Origin: a virus
Reading direction: 5' to 3' (one strand)
DNA: 64,000 nucleotides
Virus record (IMG/VR): IMGVR_UViG_3300009514_000016
Span: 16,186-80,185 of that record
The translations under genes were made by a program, and so were the position numbers. This document shows positions 9,411 through 19,362 of this stretch, one piece after another. The notes beneath the pieces were generated by a model that ran no database searches, was not told the DNA's origin, and worked only from the letters and a program-made list of their open reading frames with translations. The stretch's first letter is position 1; each line of letters opens with the position of its first letter.

Positions 9411-10274
9411 TTAGGAACCAGATGTCACGCTGACTTTTGCCAGAGCATAGTCATTGATGATTACTATGCCCACTTCTTCATAAATTATCCAGCCAAGGCG
9501 AAGCTCTTTAGGGTTATCTGCTGGTAGAACGGTGATGTCCTGGCGAACCGGGAAGGCACCGACGTATTCGGCTGGAGCGAGCAGGAATACTTCGTCGGTT
9601 CTCATACGAGAAGAGACGTGAATATCTGCTGTCCAGAGGTGTCCGAATAAACCAGAGGTTAGAACCTCTCTCTGGGTTGCTTCATCGTAAACGGTTTTTC
9701 CGAAGTTACGAACGTCAGCATAGCGTGAAGCATGCATAACGATCTTAGCAACGGTTAGGTCGTGTTGCTCGATGAAAGCGAAAGCGCTGTTTAGGGCGGC
9801 TAGGGTTAGAGCGCCACCAGTTGTGGTGACAGTGTGATCAGCAAGAATGGAGCTTCTGATTGCGGCGAAGATGTTTGTATCTTCTTCCTTTTGAATAGCT
9901 TCTTTTGCTTTGATCTGAGCGCGGTCTACAATGTAGAATCTACGAGCTTTGATCTCGGAAATTCTGATTTGTGGGTTGACAGCGATCTCGAAAGTTGGGA
10001 CAAGGATTTCCTCGCCCTCGGTGATTTCGTCTGGCACAGCGCCTCTACGGGAGATGACGTGAGCGACTGAACGAACGTCTTTTTCGTAGCGAGCTAGGGC
10101 TCCTTGTGGTAGTTCGTCAACCATGAGAAGTTTACGACCTACAGCCTGATACTCAAGTGCTCTACGAATTGGTTCAACCATTGCCTGGGCAAGGGCTACA
10201 CGTCCTTCGTCTGTTTCAAGAGCTTGAGCGATAAGAGCTTCGCGTTCTGCTACTGCTGATTTATCTAAAGCCAT
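9411..10274 (-). CDS. Major capsid protein (HK97 fold, encapsulin-like size)
   Basis: GRVALAQAMVEPIRRALEYQAVGRKLLMVDELPQG N-terminus typical of large-phage MCPs; C-terminal GWIIYEEVGIVIIN; strong AAGGA SD; follows protease/scaffold and precedes a terminator. Confidence 0.85.
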   Translation of the reverse strand: MALDKSAVAEREALIAQALETDEGRVALAQAMVEPIRRALEYQAVGRKLLMVDELPQGALARYEKDVRSVAHVISRRGAVPDEITEGEEILVPTFEIAVNPQIRISEIKARRFYIVDRAQIKAKEAIQKEEDTNIFAAIRSSILADHTVTTTGGALTLAALNSAFAFIEQHDLTVAKIVMHASRYADVRNFGKTVYDEATQREVLTSGLFGHLWTADIHVSSRMRTDEVFLLAPAEYVGAFPVRQDITVLPADNPKELRLGWIIYEEVGIVIINDYALAKVSVTSGS

Positions 10275-10376
10275 TTTTGTTATTCCTTTTTCTGAGTTAT
10301 ACTTAGAAATTTCTTATTTGTTCTATATTAGAAACTTTTCTAATTAGACGCGATCTAATAAGAGTTATACTCTAAA

Positions 10377-10904
10377 TTAGATTACTAGTTTGAAGACTAG
10401 GTAGGTGCCGAGTGACAGATCGCCATTCAGACCGGAGCTTGTTCCTGGAACTCCTGATGGATATGGACCTGGAACTTCAACAACTGTTGCTACAACTTGT
10501 GAGTTTGCAGAAGAGGTTGTTGTTAGTTTACCATCTGAACCGACGAATAGGTCAGCGCCTACAGTGTAGGAAACGCCGTCGTCATATTGGTCAGTGGCGA
10601 ACTTTCCGCCTGAGTGATAGACGGTCATCTTGCCAGAGGCAGATGTTTCGTCTACGAATGGGTCTGATACTCTGTTCACAAAGCTATCTGAACCACCGCT
10701 GATTCCAGCGCCTACTTTTGGAAGACCAGGAGCGGATGATTTAGTATCACCAGCGATTCCTAGTGTCTTTGTAGAAGCGCCTCCGGTTGCTAGAGCAGCT
10801 TCTCCAGAGGAGTTTAGCTGAACGAACATTCCTTCAACGATATCTGCTGCGCTGTTTACAGGGTAAAAATCAGCGACAACGTGATAAATTTCGACTAATG
10901 CCAT
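10377..10904 (-). CDS. Probable capsid cement/decoration protein
   Basis: Gly/Ser-rich beta-type 175-aa protein between scaffold and MCP; YTVGADLFVGSDGKLT motif seen in decoration proteins. Confidence 0.65.
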   Translation of the reverse strand: MALVEIYHVVADFYPVNSAADIVEGMFVQLNSSGEAALATGGASTKTLGIAGDTKSSAPGLPKVGAGISGGSDSFVNRVSDPFVDETSASGKMTVYHSGGKFATDQYDDGVSYTVGADLFVGSDGKLTTTSSANSQVVATVVEVPGPYPSGVPGTSSGLNGDLSLGTYLVFKLVI

Positions 10905-10950
10905 TGTTATATTCCTTTTTGGACTTTTTTCAAATTATTTGTTTCGACTA

Positions 10951-13900
10951 CTACTTTTCGTCAGATTCAAACATTTTGTTCTTTTTGTTTAGGCTCATGA
11001 GATTCATGAGTTTCTGAGCTAGATCTTCTGTTTCAGACTCTTTCGAGGCTGTTCTAGTAATTAGAGGAATTTCTAGTCCAGGGTTTTCCTTGCTTGCTGT
11101 CTTGGTGAGTCTATTGGAAGCAGCTTTTCTAACGGTTGCCTCATATTTTTGAATTAGAGGAACGGCTTGCTCTGATAGATCTGCAACAAGTGTTTCGTAT
11201 TCGTCTGCTTCGACTAGTCCATCTCTTAGAAGTGAGGCTGCAGTTTTGCAGGCTTCTTTATATCTTGCTGTTGCAACCTTAGTCTCATTGACTTCTTTTT
11301 CGGCTTTAGCAGCTTTAGCAGAGAGTGATTTTACCTTGTCAGACTCTTTATTGTCTTTGCTGGAAGAAACCTTTACAACTGTACGTTTCTTGCAGGACTT
11401 GCAGGTAATAGCATTGTTTCCAGATGCTACTACTTTATCGTGTCCGCATTGCGGGCAGGATGCGAGAACGGTTCCTTTGATTCTGGTGTCTCCACCTTCA
11501 AGTTCTTCGTTCCCCAGGTTTCCGCTTCCAGCCGGAATATTCGGGCCGTCTTTCGGAACAGAAGTTTCGTTACCTATTCTTGCGCCATCCCCCTTAGAAG
11601 GAATTTCTGGGGCTTTCTTGGTAGCAGGCTCTTCTTTGCCTAAAGTTTTTCCAGTTGATGGAACATCAACTTCTGATTCGTTGATATGATCAACTTTATC
11701 GAGTTTCTTTTCTTTTGGAGTTGATTCCTTTATTTTTTCTGCTTTTGGCAGTTCTTGCTGAGCAAACTTTTCATTAATTGCTTTCTGAGTGCTATCAGCC
11801 AGGGTTGTTCCCTTGATGTCGTAATCTCCTCCGTCTAGTTCTTCGTTTCCTAGTTGTTGATTTTTGACAGGAACTTCTGGTTTTTCAACTCCGAAGTTTT
11901 CTTCTTTGCCCATGGTTGCTTTTCCGCCTTTGTCTGGAACATCTGGTCCCTTCTTATCGACGTGTTCTTCTTTGCCCATGGTTTTTCCGTCATGTGTTTT
12001 GCCTAGATCCTTGACTTCTTCAACAGCGATTGGCTCTTTGAGTTGTTTATTCTTTGGAGATTCGCTTTTGACTGGTTTTGGTTCTACGCTATCAACAACA
12101 TCTGCGTTTTTCTGCAGGTGTCCGCCTTTGAGTGCTAGAGTTTCCATGGCCTCATCTTCTTCGACCATGTCTTCATCAGCAAGTTCTTCTGTCATATCTT
12201 CAACAGCATCTTCTTCTTTCATATCCTCTAGTTCTTCCTCGGCATCTTCGTGGAATTCTTCGAGTGAGCTTTCTAGTTGGTCTTCGACTTCATCTAGAAC
12301 GTTCTTTAGGGCTTCGGCGTCTTCTTCATCAAGAGTGATTGTAACAGAGCCTTCGCCTTTATCTCCCTCTTCGAATTCATAGCCTTCGTTGGCGATGTCG
12401 AATTCAGATTCTGTTTCGGCTGGAACTTCTTTTTCTTCTGGTTCAGTGTTGAAATCATAGTCAAATGCTAGGACCATGTTTTCTGCTTCTAGTTCGTCTT
12501 GTTCTGCGTATTCAGCTTTGATTGCTTCGCATGTTGCGCAAGCAGCTTTTTTGCTTAGACCTTCGGCCATTCTTTCGGCAACGCATTGTTTCATTGGGTC
12601 GGCTTCAGCTAGTTTAGAAGCGACTTTCATGAATAGTCCAGCAGTTACTTGCTTGCTGGCTTTCTTTTCCCATTGTGAAAGCATTTTGCAAACTGATTCA
12701 GCGAGTGGCTTGCCTTCAAATGGACCTGATAGACATACGGCGTTTTCACCATATCTGCGGCTCATTTTTTCGAGGCAAGTTTCAACTGGGAATTTGCGAT
12801 CAGCCATGTATGAGGCAACTAGTTGTTTGTGTGATTTTTTTGTTGCGGCGGAAATTATTTTGCCTTTTGGACCTTTTGGATCTGTTTCATCTTTGAATAC
12901 AACTGGAACCCATGTTAGGTGGGCAATAAGTTTCTTAGAATCTTTTGGATGTGCAACAATGTCAACTTTGTAGTTTTGCGAGCATGCAGAGCATGATCCG
13001 ATGTTGTTATCCATTGCGACTTTAGATGAATTGCAGTTCGGGCAGAAAGATCCGAATGATGCTTTTCCAGCAGTTTTTGTTGCTTTATCTGGAGAAATAA
13101 CCATTGAAAGTCTGATTGGAAGAGCAATTTTCTTAGAAGCGGCTAGTCCAACTGGCTCTTCCAGTTTTAGTCCGCCTTCTTCTTCTTCGCCTTCGCCGCC
13201 TTTGCTATCCTCGATAGTTCCTGGCCATTTGTGGACATCAATATTGACAGAGATTTTGAATTCTGCTCCGCAGGAGTTACATTCTCCTTCTCCGTTCATG
13301 ATGTCAACGTCGTCAGAGGCGCATGCTGGGCATGTTGAGCCTGGTGGTTGAGCTTCGCCTTCAGATTCTGTTTCTGCGGCAAGATCTTCTTCCATTTTTG
13401 GCTCTGCTTCTGGTGGAGTGGCAAGTGTTTCAGCACCAAGTCCGCCCATATCGGTTGGACCAGCAGCCAGATCGCCTCCGGCTGGAGCGGCAGTCATCTG
13501 ATCTGGAGTTCCGCCTCCAATTTGAGCAATTAGCTTGCGTCTTTTTTCCGCTCTTGCTTTCAAGAAATCTTCTTTTGATTCAGCTTTCTCTTTTGCGGCA
13601 GTTTTCTTTGTGGCCTTAGAGAATGCGACATGAACTTCTTTTGCTTTTTTGTCGACTTCTACGCCGGTTGCCTCAACAACTTCGAATCCGTTCTCAGCAG
13701 CAATTTCAACTGCTCTTGCGATAACAGATTCTTTATCATCGATTTTGGCATCGCCTAGATCATCGAATTTAATGTGAACATTTGCTGTCTCGTCGCTTGC
13801 GACTTTTGTTTCTTCTTCAGCGGAAGCTTCGGTTGTTTCTTCTTCCTCGGTTGAGTCTTCAGTTTCTTCAACTTCTTCTTCTTTTTCGGCTTCTTTTGTT

Positions 13901-16236
13901 TCTTCTTTGGCATCCATAGCAAGCAGTGTTGCTTCAAGATCGCTGCCGATTGTTGGGATTGAATCCTCTTCTTCAGCTTGCTTGACAAATTCTTCTGCCA
14001 TAGTGGTGATTTTGCCAGTTGAAACATTTGGGTGTTTGGCTAGAACAGCAATTCCTTCCATGATTAGTTCAGAAGGAACATCTTCATCAGTGATGGATGC
14101 AGCAATGTTCTTGCCTAGTTCTTTTTCAGAAGACTTTGCACTAGCGACTTTAACTCTGGTTTCTCCAGACTGGATGCTCTTGACCAAATCTGCAGTTCCT
14201 GATTGCCAAGATGGAGACACGATCTTGCTTGCAATGCTTAGAACTCTCTCTGGTTGAGCGCCAGTGCGGGCGACGACTCTAGCTAGAGCGCTGATGGAGG
14301 CTTTGATAACTTCATCAGATTTCTTAGCGAATCGTTTGCCAAGTGGTTGATCTTGTGAGTAAAGTTGTTTCTCGGTAATATCGTCTGTTGGAGACCATCT
14401 GCTATCTTTGGATTTCCACTCGTCAAGCTGAGCTTCCATGGTCTTTTCTAGTTGATCTTTTTGATACCATGAACCATTAGACGGAGCAGAGTTGCCTTTC
14501 CATGACTCATCTCTTAGCTGTTCGTCAGTGATGTCGAGACGTGGTTCGTCCTGTCTTGTATGATTTGCGATGTATCCTTCAGCGACAGAGGCATTTTTTC
14601 CTGGCTTATCCTTGTCTAGCTGATCTTCTGTAATTGTTTCAATAGATTTATTCCAACGAGGATGAGAAGTTGTTCCAACTCCTTTGCCGTCCAGCTGAGC
14701 TTCTGTTGTCTCTTCTGGGTATCCTTTTCTGCTATGGATGGCATTACCGTTGTGCTCTTCAAGCTGCTTTTCGGTAATGTCTTGGCGAGGCTCTTTCTCA
14801 CCTTCCCATTTGGTTTTTGCTTCTTTTATATCTTTAGCCACTGTTTTGTCTCCTGTGCTAGATGTAAGGATTTCTTTAGAAATTTCCTCAGTATGGGATG
14901 CCATAAGATCTTTCAACAAACTCTTAAGGACTGCTTCCTTTTCATCTGTCATAGCTTTTCTGATATTATTATCTTCAAAGTCGTCTATATTCAGACTTTT
15001 TATAACAGAATCCTTGTAATATCCGAAATAACTATTTCCATCGGCTACTACTTTATAATCTCCAGAGCTAGCTTCCAATTTTGAGCCAGACTCTTTTTTA
15101 TTGCCTTTTCCGGCAAATTGGTTTTTTATTGTTTGCAGTTGTTCTACAACTTGCGATATTTTTTCCATTGCTTTTTCGCGCTCGGCAGCAACCGGCATTC
15201 CAGTTATTGATCCAACGCCTCCGGCTGGAGCGGCTTCTGGAGAAACTTCTGGTTCTGCTGAGGCTTCTGGGGCTTCTTCTGGAAGACCTGCTGGACCATC
15301 TGGCCCTTCTGCTCCTTCTGGACCTTCGCCGCCAACTTGAGAGTAACCCATTTCAACCAAAGTATCAGTTGTTTCCTGAAGATCACCAAGAACCTTGATA
15401 AGATCAGTTAGATAATCCATGTCAACGATATGGCGCTGATCCAGCATGGCGCGGCAAACATCTTCAATGTCTTTTAGAGCGGCTTGCAATTTGTCAACTT
15501 CAGCTTTTCCGCCAGTTTTGATAGATCCAGCTGATACTATTTTTTTGATTTTGCCAACAGCAGATGCGGCTTTGGTCATATACTCTTCATTATCAATAAT
15601 GTCTTGAATTGTGCAATCTTCGCAAGCGCCATCGGTTACGCAAGAAAGTTCAATGAATTTAATGCCATAGTTTTCTTCGTAAACTTTCTTGCCGTTTACG
15701 GTGCGTCCTTTATGATTTTGAACGCACTTGCAATAATCTTCAGCGGTAACAGCTTTATTGCGGCAAACTGAGCAAACGGAATGCTCAACTTGGCATCCCA
15801 TTGAAACGTCAGTAATATAACCTTGCTCGATTCCTCTGCAAAGCTGCGGATAAGCTTGACGATCAATGAACATGACAGTATAAACTGATTTATCATCTTC
15901 TGACCATTCAGCAGAAACGACCTTGCCTTTGGCGGTTTCAATCTTATCGTTTTCATGATTCGTAAAAACTGGAACACCAACAAATGAACGGTAAGACTTT
16001 TTCAATTCCTCAGTTGAGAAATAATCTCCGTTATCGTTTGGCTCATCGGCAACGATTGCCTTGACTTTGATAAACAAGGCGTCAGGGTGCTTTTCGATGG
16101 CTTCTCTAATATTCTTTTCATTTTCTGTTCTATCTTTTTCTGCGTCAATAAGGATAGAGGCAGTTTTCACTGTCTTATCTTTCTTTGCAGTATCTATAAT
16201 AGAAACAATTTTATGAGTTGCTGTTTTTATAAGCAT
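10951..16236 (-). CDS. Prohead (capsid maturation) protease fused to a giant scaffold with Zn fingers and repeats
   Basis: N-terminal domain with NDNGDYF..EEL...Y.SFVG.PVF.NH, VSMGC...CSVC and E.N.GI.FIELS.V..GA motifs of phage serine prohead proteases, followed by a long acidic region with CxxC pairs; located upstream of the MCP. Confidence 0.8.
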   Translation of the reverse strand: MLIKTATHKIVSIIDTAKKDKTVKTASILIDAEKDRTENEKNIREAIEKHPDALFIKVKAIVADEPNDNGDYFSTEELKKSYRSFVGVPVFTNHENDKIETAKGKVVSAEWSEDDKSVYTVMFIDRQAYPQLCRGIEQGYITDVSMGCQVEHSVCSVCRNKAVTAEDYCKCVQNHKGRTVNGKKVYEENYGIKFIELSCVTDGACEDCTIQDIIDNEEYMTKAASAVGKIKKIVSAGSIKTGGKAEVDKLQAALKDIEDVCRAMLDQRHIVDMDYLTDLIKVLGDLQETTDTLVEMGYSQVGGEGPEGAEGPDGPAGLPEEAPEASAEPEVSPEAAPAGGVGSITGMPVAAEREKAMEKISQVVEQLQTIKNQFAGKGNKKESGSKLEASSGDYKVVADGNSYFGYYKDSVIKSLNIDDFEDNNIRKAMTDEKEAVLKSLLKDLMASHTEEISKEILTSSTGDKTVAKDIKEAKTKWEGEKEPRQDITEKQLEEHNGNAIHSRKGYPEETTEAQLDGKGVGTTSHPRWNKSIETITEDQLDKDKPGKNASVAEGYIANHTRQDEPRLDITDEQLRDESWKGNSAPSNGSWYQKDQLEKTMEAQLDEWKSKDSRWSPTDDITEKQLYSQDQPLGKRFAKKSDEVIKASISALARVVARTGAQPERVLSIASKIVSPSWQSGTADLVKSIQSGETRVKVASAKSSEKELGKNIAASITDEDVPSELIMEGIAVLAKHPNVSTGKITTMAEEFVKQAEEEDSIPTIGSDLEATLLAMDAKEETKEAEKEEEVEETEDSTEEEETTEASAEEETKVASDETANVHIKFDDLGDAKIDDKESVIARAVEIAAENGFEVVEATGVEVDKKAKEVHVAFSKATKKTAAKEKAESKEDFLKARAEKRRKLIAQIGGGTPDQMTAAPAGGDLAAGPTDMGGLGAETLATPPEAEPKMEEDLAAETESEGEAQPPGSTCPACASDDVDIMNGEGECNSCGAEFKISVNIDVHKWPGTIEDSKGGEGEEEEGGLKLEEPVGLAASKKIALPIRLSMVISPDKATKTAGKASFGSFCPNCNSSKVAMDNNIGSCSACSQNYKVDIVAHPKDSKKLIAHLTWVPVVFKDETDPKGPKGKIISAATKKSHKQLVASYMADRKFPVETCLEKMSRRYGENAVCLSGPFEGKPLAESVCKMLSQWEKKASKQVTAGLFMKVASKLAEADPMKQCVAERMAEGLSKKAACATCEAIKAEYAEQDELEAENMVLAFDYDFNTEPEEKEVPAETESEFDIANEGYEFEEGDKGEGSVTITLDEEDAEALKNVLDEVEDQLESSLEEFHEDAEEELEDMKEEDAVEDMTEELADEDMVEEDEAMETLALKGGHLQKNADVVDSVEPKPVKSESPKNKQLKEPIAVEEVKDLGKTHDGKTMGKEEHVDKKGPDVPDKGGKATMGKEENFGVEKPEVPVKNQQLGNEELDGGDYDIKGTTLADSTQKAINEKFAQQELPKAEKIKESTPKEKKLDKVDHINESEVDVPSTGKTLGKEEPATKKAPEIPSKGDGARIGNETSVPKDGPNIPAGSGNLGNEELEGGDTRIKGTVLASCPQCGHDKVVASGNNAITCKSCKKRTVVKVSSSKDNKESDKVKSLSAKAAKAEKEVNETKVATARYKEACKTAASLLRDGLVEADEYETLVADLSEQAVPLIQKYEATVRKAASNRLTKTASKENPGLEIPLITRTASKESETEDLAQKLMNLMSLNKKNKMFESDEK

Positions 16237-16269
16237 TTAGATTGGACCCCAATCGTTAAATTAGTAACC

Positions 16270-16848
16270 TCAGCTGGAGCTTTCTGACTCTAGCTCTTCC
16301 ATTAGTGCTTCCAGATATTCGGCTTCAGCCGCATCTAGAACGTTTTCAGCAACCAATGATTTTTTGCTGTGGCCGCTTGCGATTAGAGATTTGTACATTC
16401 TAGCTTCCAACTCGCCTTTTGGAGCTTTAGAGGCAGAAATAACATCCTTTTTATCGACAATATTGAATTCCTCAAGGGATTCTAGGTTATCATCGATTGA
16501 ACTGATGATTTTGCTCATTGCAACTCTTTGATCTCTGTTCGGGAATTCTTTTCTGCCAACGCTAACTCTGTCGATTAGTTTGCTGGCAGCTCTGTAGAAT
16601 CCTTTTAGAGCGGTTTTATCTTTGTTGGATAGTTTCGCAGCAGGAATTTCCGGCTCGCTAACTTTGGTCTCTTCTGTGTTTTTAGCTTGGACTGGTTCAT
16701 CTTGTTCAATTGAGCTAATCAATTCAGTGATTTCATCAGATAGTTCCAACATTTCTTTCGACTGATCGAATGAAACAGTTTCATCCATGGCTTTTTCATC
16801 GATTGTTTCGGCAATTTGAGCCAGACGTTCGAGTAATCTTTTTGGCAT
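16270..16848 (-). CDS. Putative head-associated protein
   Basis: First gene of the capsid operon; N-terminal LERLAQIAETIDEK motif. Confidence 0.65.
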   Translation of the reverse strand: MPKRLLERLAQIAETIDEKAMDETVSFDQSKEMLELSDEITELISSIEQDEPVQAKNTEETKVSEPEIPAAKLSNKDKTALKGFYRAASKLIDRVSVGRKEFPNRDQRVAMSKIISSIDDNLESLEEFNIVDKKDVISASKAPKGELEARMYKSLIASGHSKKSLVAENVLDAAEAEYLEALMEELESESSS

Positions 16849-16908
16849 AGCTATCTTTCCATTGTTTAAATTTTTGTAAAAACAGGCCGCACTGCTGCTT
16901 GCGTGTTT

Positions 16909-16936
16909 ATTTGACTGTCTTCGCGATTAAATCCTT
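16909..16936 (-). promoter_or_regulatory. Putative phage late promoter AAGGA-N16-GTCAAAT
   Basis: Matches a bipartite motif also seen at 19336-19362, 37902-37928, 40479-40505, 45895-45920, 57662-57689 (-) and 58353-58378, 62471-62498 (+). Confidence 0.5.
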
Positions 16937-16962
16937 CAATTTTCTGAGAAATCAAGACTCTA

Positions 16963-18846
16963 TTAATCTAGTCTTATGATTCTTTTGATTGTTTCGTGGA
17001 TCTTTTTTGCGGCCTCTGGGTTTTGCTCTTTAACTTTGCTGGCCATTTTCTTTAAGTCATTAACAATAGATGACTTAGGTTTTCTGGCCTCTGGTGGCAG
17101 CGGCGGCGGAACAGATCTTGGTTTCTTTGGTAATGGTGGCGGCATTGGAGGCTGAGTTTGTTGCATTTCTTGACGCATTCTGGCTATTTCTTCTGGAGAT
17201 GGACCTTCCATCTCAAAAATATCCTCATCTGTTTCTACGTCAAATTCTGGAGTATCAGGAACTTCTGGGAATTCTGGCTCAACTTCTTCTAATTCTTCAA
17301 CTGGAACAGTTGGAGCCTCAATCTTTGGCTCTTCCTTGACTTTTTTCTTTTTCGGCGCTTTTGGTTTTTTGGTTTTTTTCTTAGTTTCGATTGGCATGTC
17401 AAGATCAGTTTCATTGATTTCAGCGTAATCAATCTCTGTCATACCTTGTTCTTCTAGTTCTCTGAGTGCGTCAATAACTTCAGGCTTCTTGGTTTTAGTC
17501 AATGGTTTACCCTTGGCGTCCAAGATAACCAACTGGTCATCATCCCAATCAAGTCTCACTTTAGTCATATCTCTGACGTTCCAGTCAGGAATGATCAAAG
17601 GCTCTTGAAATGCTGGCCCAAAACTTCCATCCTCTTGTGGATCTAAGTAGTTAGATCCGCCAACCAAATCTTTTGCAACTTGGAATGCGTGCTTTAGAGT
17701 TGGAAATGCGGATAGTCCTTTGACGTTCTGCGGATCGCCAATTCTATTACCAGTCTTGTCAGTGTTCATTGTTGACATAATGGCAGCAAAACCGATGTGC
17801 GGCCTAATAGGCAGGAAGCCTCCAAATCTTTTAATGTCTTGACGACCAACGGCTTGCGGGAACAATTGCTCTTGATACTCTTTCATTGACTCTGTTGGCT
17901 CAAATTGATAAGCATAATATGGCCCAACAGCTAATCTGAATGTGTCGCCATACATAACTTCACCTTCAGAAAACATATCGTAATCTCTGACTGGTCTAGT
18001 CTGATAGTTTCCGCTCCACGGATTTAGGATTGATCCCATTCCTTCTTTTTGAGCTGAAATTCTATAACCTGGCTGCGAACTTCCAGTTGCTTGAATTGTT
18101 TTTGTCGCGCATGTTGATAGGTCAACTATATCATAGTTTTTGAAGATTGGATCATCTGCAGTAACATAGCCACGAGCTTTGAATGTTTCAAAATATCCAT
18201 CGGCAGGATACATTTGCGGGGAATCAGGGTCTTTTGGTCTAAATCCTAATTTGGTGTTCATGACCATGTATGGTATATTGCCGCCCGCAGACACAATAAA
18301 TGGCTGACCTTTTTCTTGGTCTAATCCGCCATTAATTATATCGAGCGCCTGATCCAAATCTAAAACTCTTGGGTTGCTTCTTTGTGGAGCATTTTTGGAT
18401 TCATCCCACATGACATCAGTATTGATGTAGTGAAATATAGATCCTGGGCCAATATATCTTAACCCGCGAAGTGGTCTAGTCCCCTCGCTGTAGTGGCCTT
18501 CCGCAGGAGGCATTTCGAAACTCTCTCTAATTCCTCTAATTCCATATTTAGACGGGAACGGCATCATGCCATAATCAACTTTATGTAGTTCTTCTTCCCA
18601 GTCTGGGTAATAAACTTTCCATCCTGGAATTCCCTCTGGATGTTCTCTAAGCATTTGGTCGAATCTGGCTCTGGTAGATTCATTGACATTTCTTAGTTTT
18701 GCCAAAGTATCTTCGTCATAATTGAATGAGTCAGCATAAATTGGAAGCCATTTTCCAGCCCATTTTCTTTTATGAAAACGGACTCCACCAGCTTCGCGAT
18801 AAATTTGCTTGTAAATTAGAGAAAGTAAATTATTTCTATCAATCAT
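16963..18846 (-). CDS. Putative virion protein with Pro/Glu-rich C-terminal region
   Basis: 627-aa ORF in the head module; ends IVNDLKKMASKVKEQNPEAAKKIHETI helix motif. Confidence 0.7.
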   Translation of the reverse strand: MIDRNNLLSLIYKQIYREAGGVRFHKRKWAGKWLPIYADSFNYDEDTLAKLRNVNESTRARFDQMLREHPEGIPGWKVYYPDWEEELHKVDYGMMPFPSKYGIRGIRESFEMPPAEGHYSEGTRPLRGLRYIGPGSIFHYINTDVMWDESKNAPQRSNPRVLDLDQALDIINGGLDQEKGQPFIVSAGGNIPYMVMNTKLGFRPKDPDSPQMYPADGYFETFKARGYVTADDPIFKNYDIVDLSTCATKTIQATGSSQPGYRISAQKEGMGSILNPWSGNYQTRPVRDYDMFSEGEVMYGDTFRLAVGPYYAYQFEPTESMKEYQEQLFPQAVGRQDIKRFGGFLPIRPHIGFAAIMSTMNTDKTGNRIGDPQNVKGLSAFPTLKHAFQVAKDLVGGSNYLDPQEDGSFGPAFQEPLIIPDWNVRDMTKVRLDWDDDQLVILDAKGKPLTKTKKPEVIDALRELEEQGMTEIDYAEINETDLDMPIETKKKTKKPKAPKKKKVKEEPKIEAPTVPVEELEEVEPEFPEVPDTPEFDVETDEDIFEMEGPSPEEIARMRQEMQQTQPPMPPPLPKKPRSVPPPLPPEARKPKSSIVNDLKKMASKVKEQNPEAAKKIHETIKRIIRLD

Positions 18847-18849
18847 GTC

Positions 18850-19302
18850 CTAGTCTCTCTTCTTGGGATAGAGAACTCGATCCCAAGCCTTTTGATATTT
18901 ATCTTCCATCTCTTTTGGTTCTTTTGATTTTCCAGTATCTTCTCCTGGAACATGAACATTAGCCAGATGGGCTTTAGTATAAGATGGTATAACTGGAGCA
19001 GGAACACCCCATTTATCTCTTGCATACTTTGCTGCTGCCTGCATTGTTGGGAAATAATCGCCGCTAGGCGCATAATCAGCAGGCATTTTTCTAATTCCAG
19101 AAAAAAATGATTTGCCTTCTTTCTTAGAAAAACCTGGACCTAAAACTACATAATAACTGGAATCAGATGTGGCATCGTAACCTTCCCATCTGAAGTATGA
19201 ATTGGCACCAATTTCGCGATCATAGCGTTCTTTGAGAGTTTTAGATTTCTCTCTATAGATTTCTCGCCACTGAATTCCACGGTCTCTAATTCTCTTTGGC
19301 AC
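18850..19302 (-). CDS. Conserved-looking hypothetical head-module protein
   Basis: GTG start with AAGGA SD; preceded by AAGGT-N16-CTAAAT. Confidence 0.7.
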   Translation of the reverse strand: MPKRIRDRGIQWREIYREKSKTLKERYDREIGANSYFRWEGYDATSDSSYYVVLGPGFSKKEGKSFFSGIRKMPADYAPSGDYFPTMQAAAKYARDKWGVPAPVIPSYTKAHLANVHVPGEDTGKSKEPKEMEDKYQKAWDRVLYPKKRD

Positions 19303-19362
19303 TACTAATCCTTATTTCTAAATGAGTTATTATTCATTTAGAACAAAATGAAAGAAAACCTT

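Noticed and set aside
9411-10274. Encapsulin nanocompartment rather than a phage capsid
   Set aside because: Prohead protease, portal and terminase are all present in the same region.
11246-15398. Numerous + strand ORFs of 60-170 aa opposite the scaffold and other head genes
   Set aside because: Ser/Phe/Leu-rich antisense shadows of acidic, Lys-rich coding sequence, with no SD or motifs.
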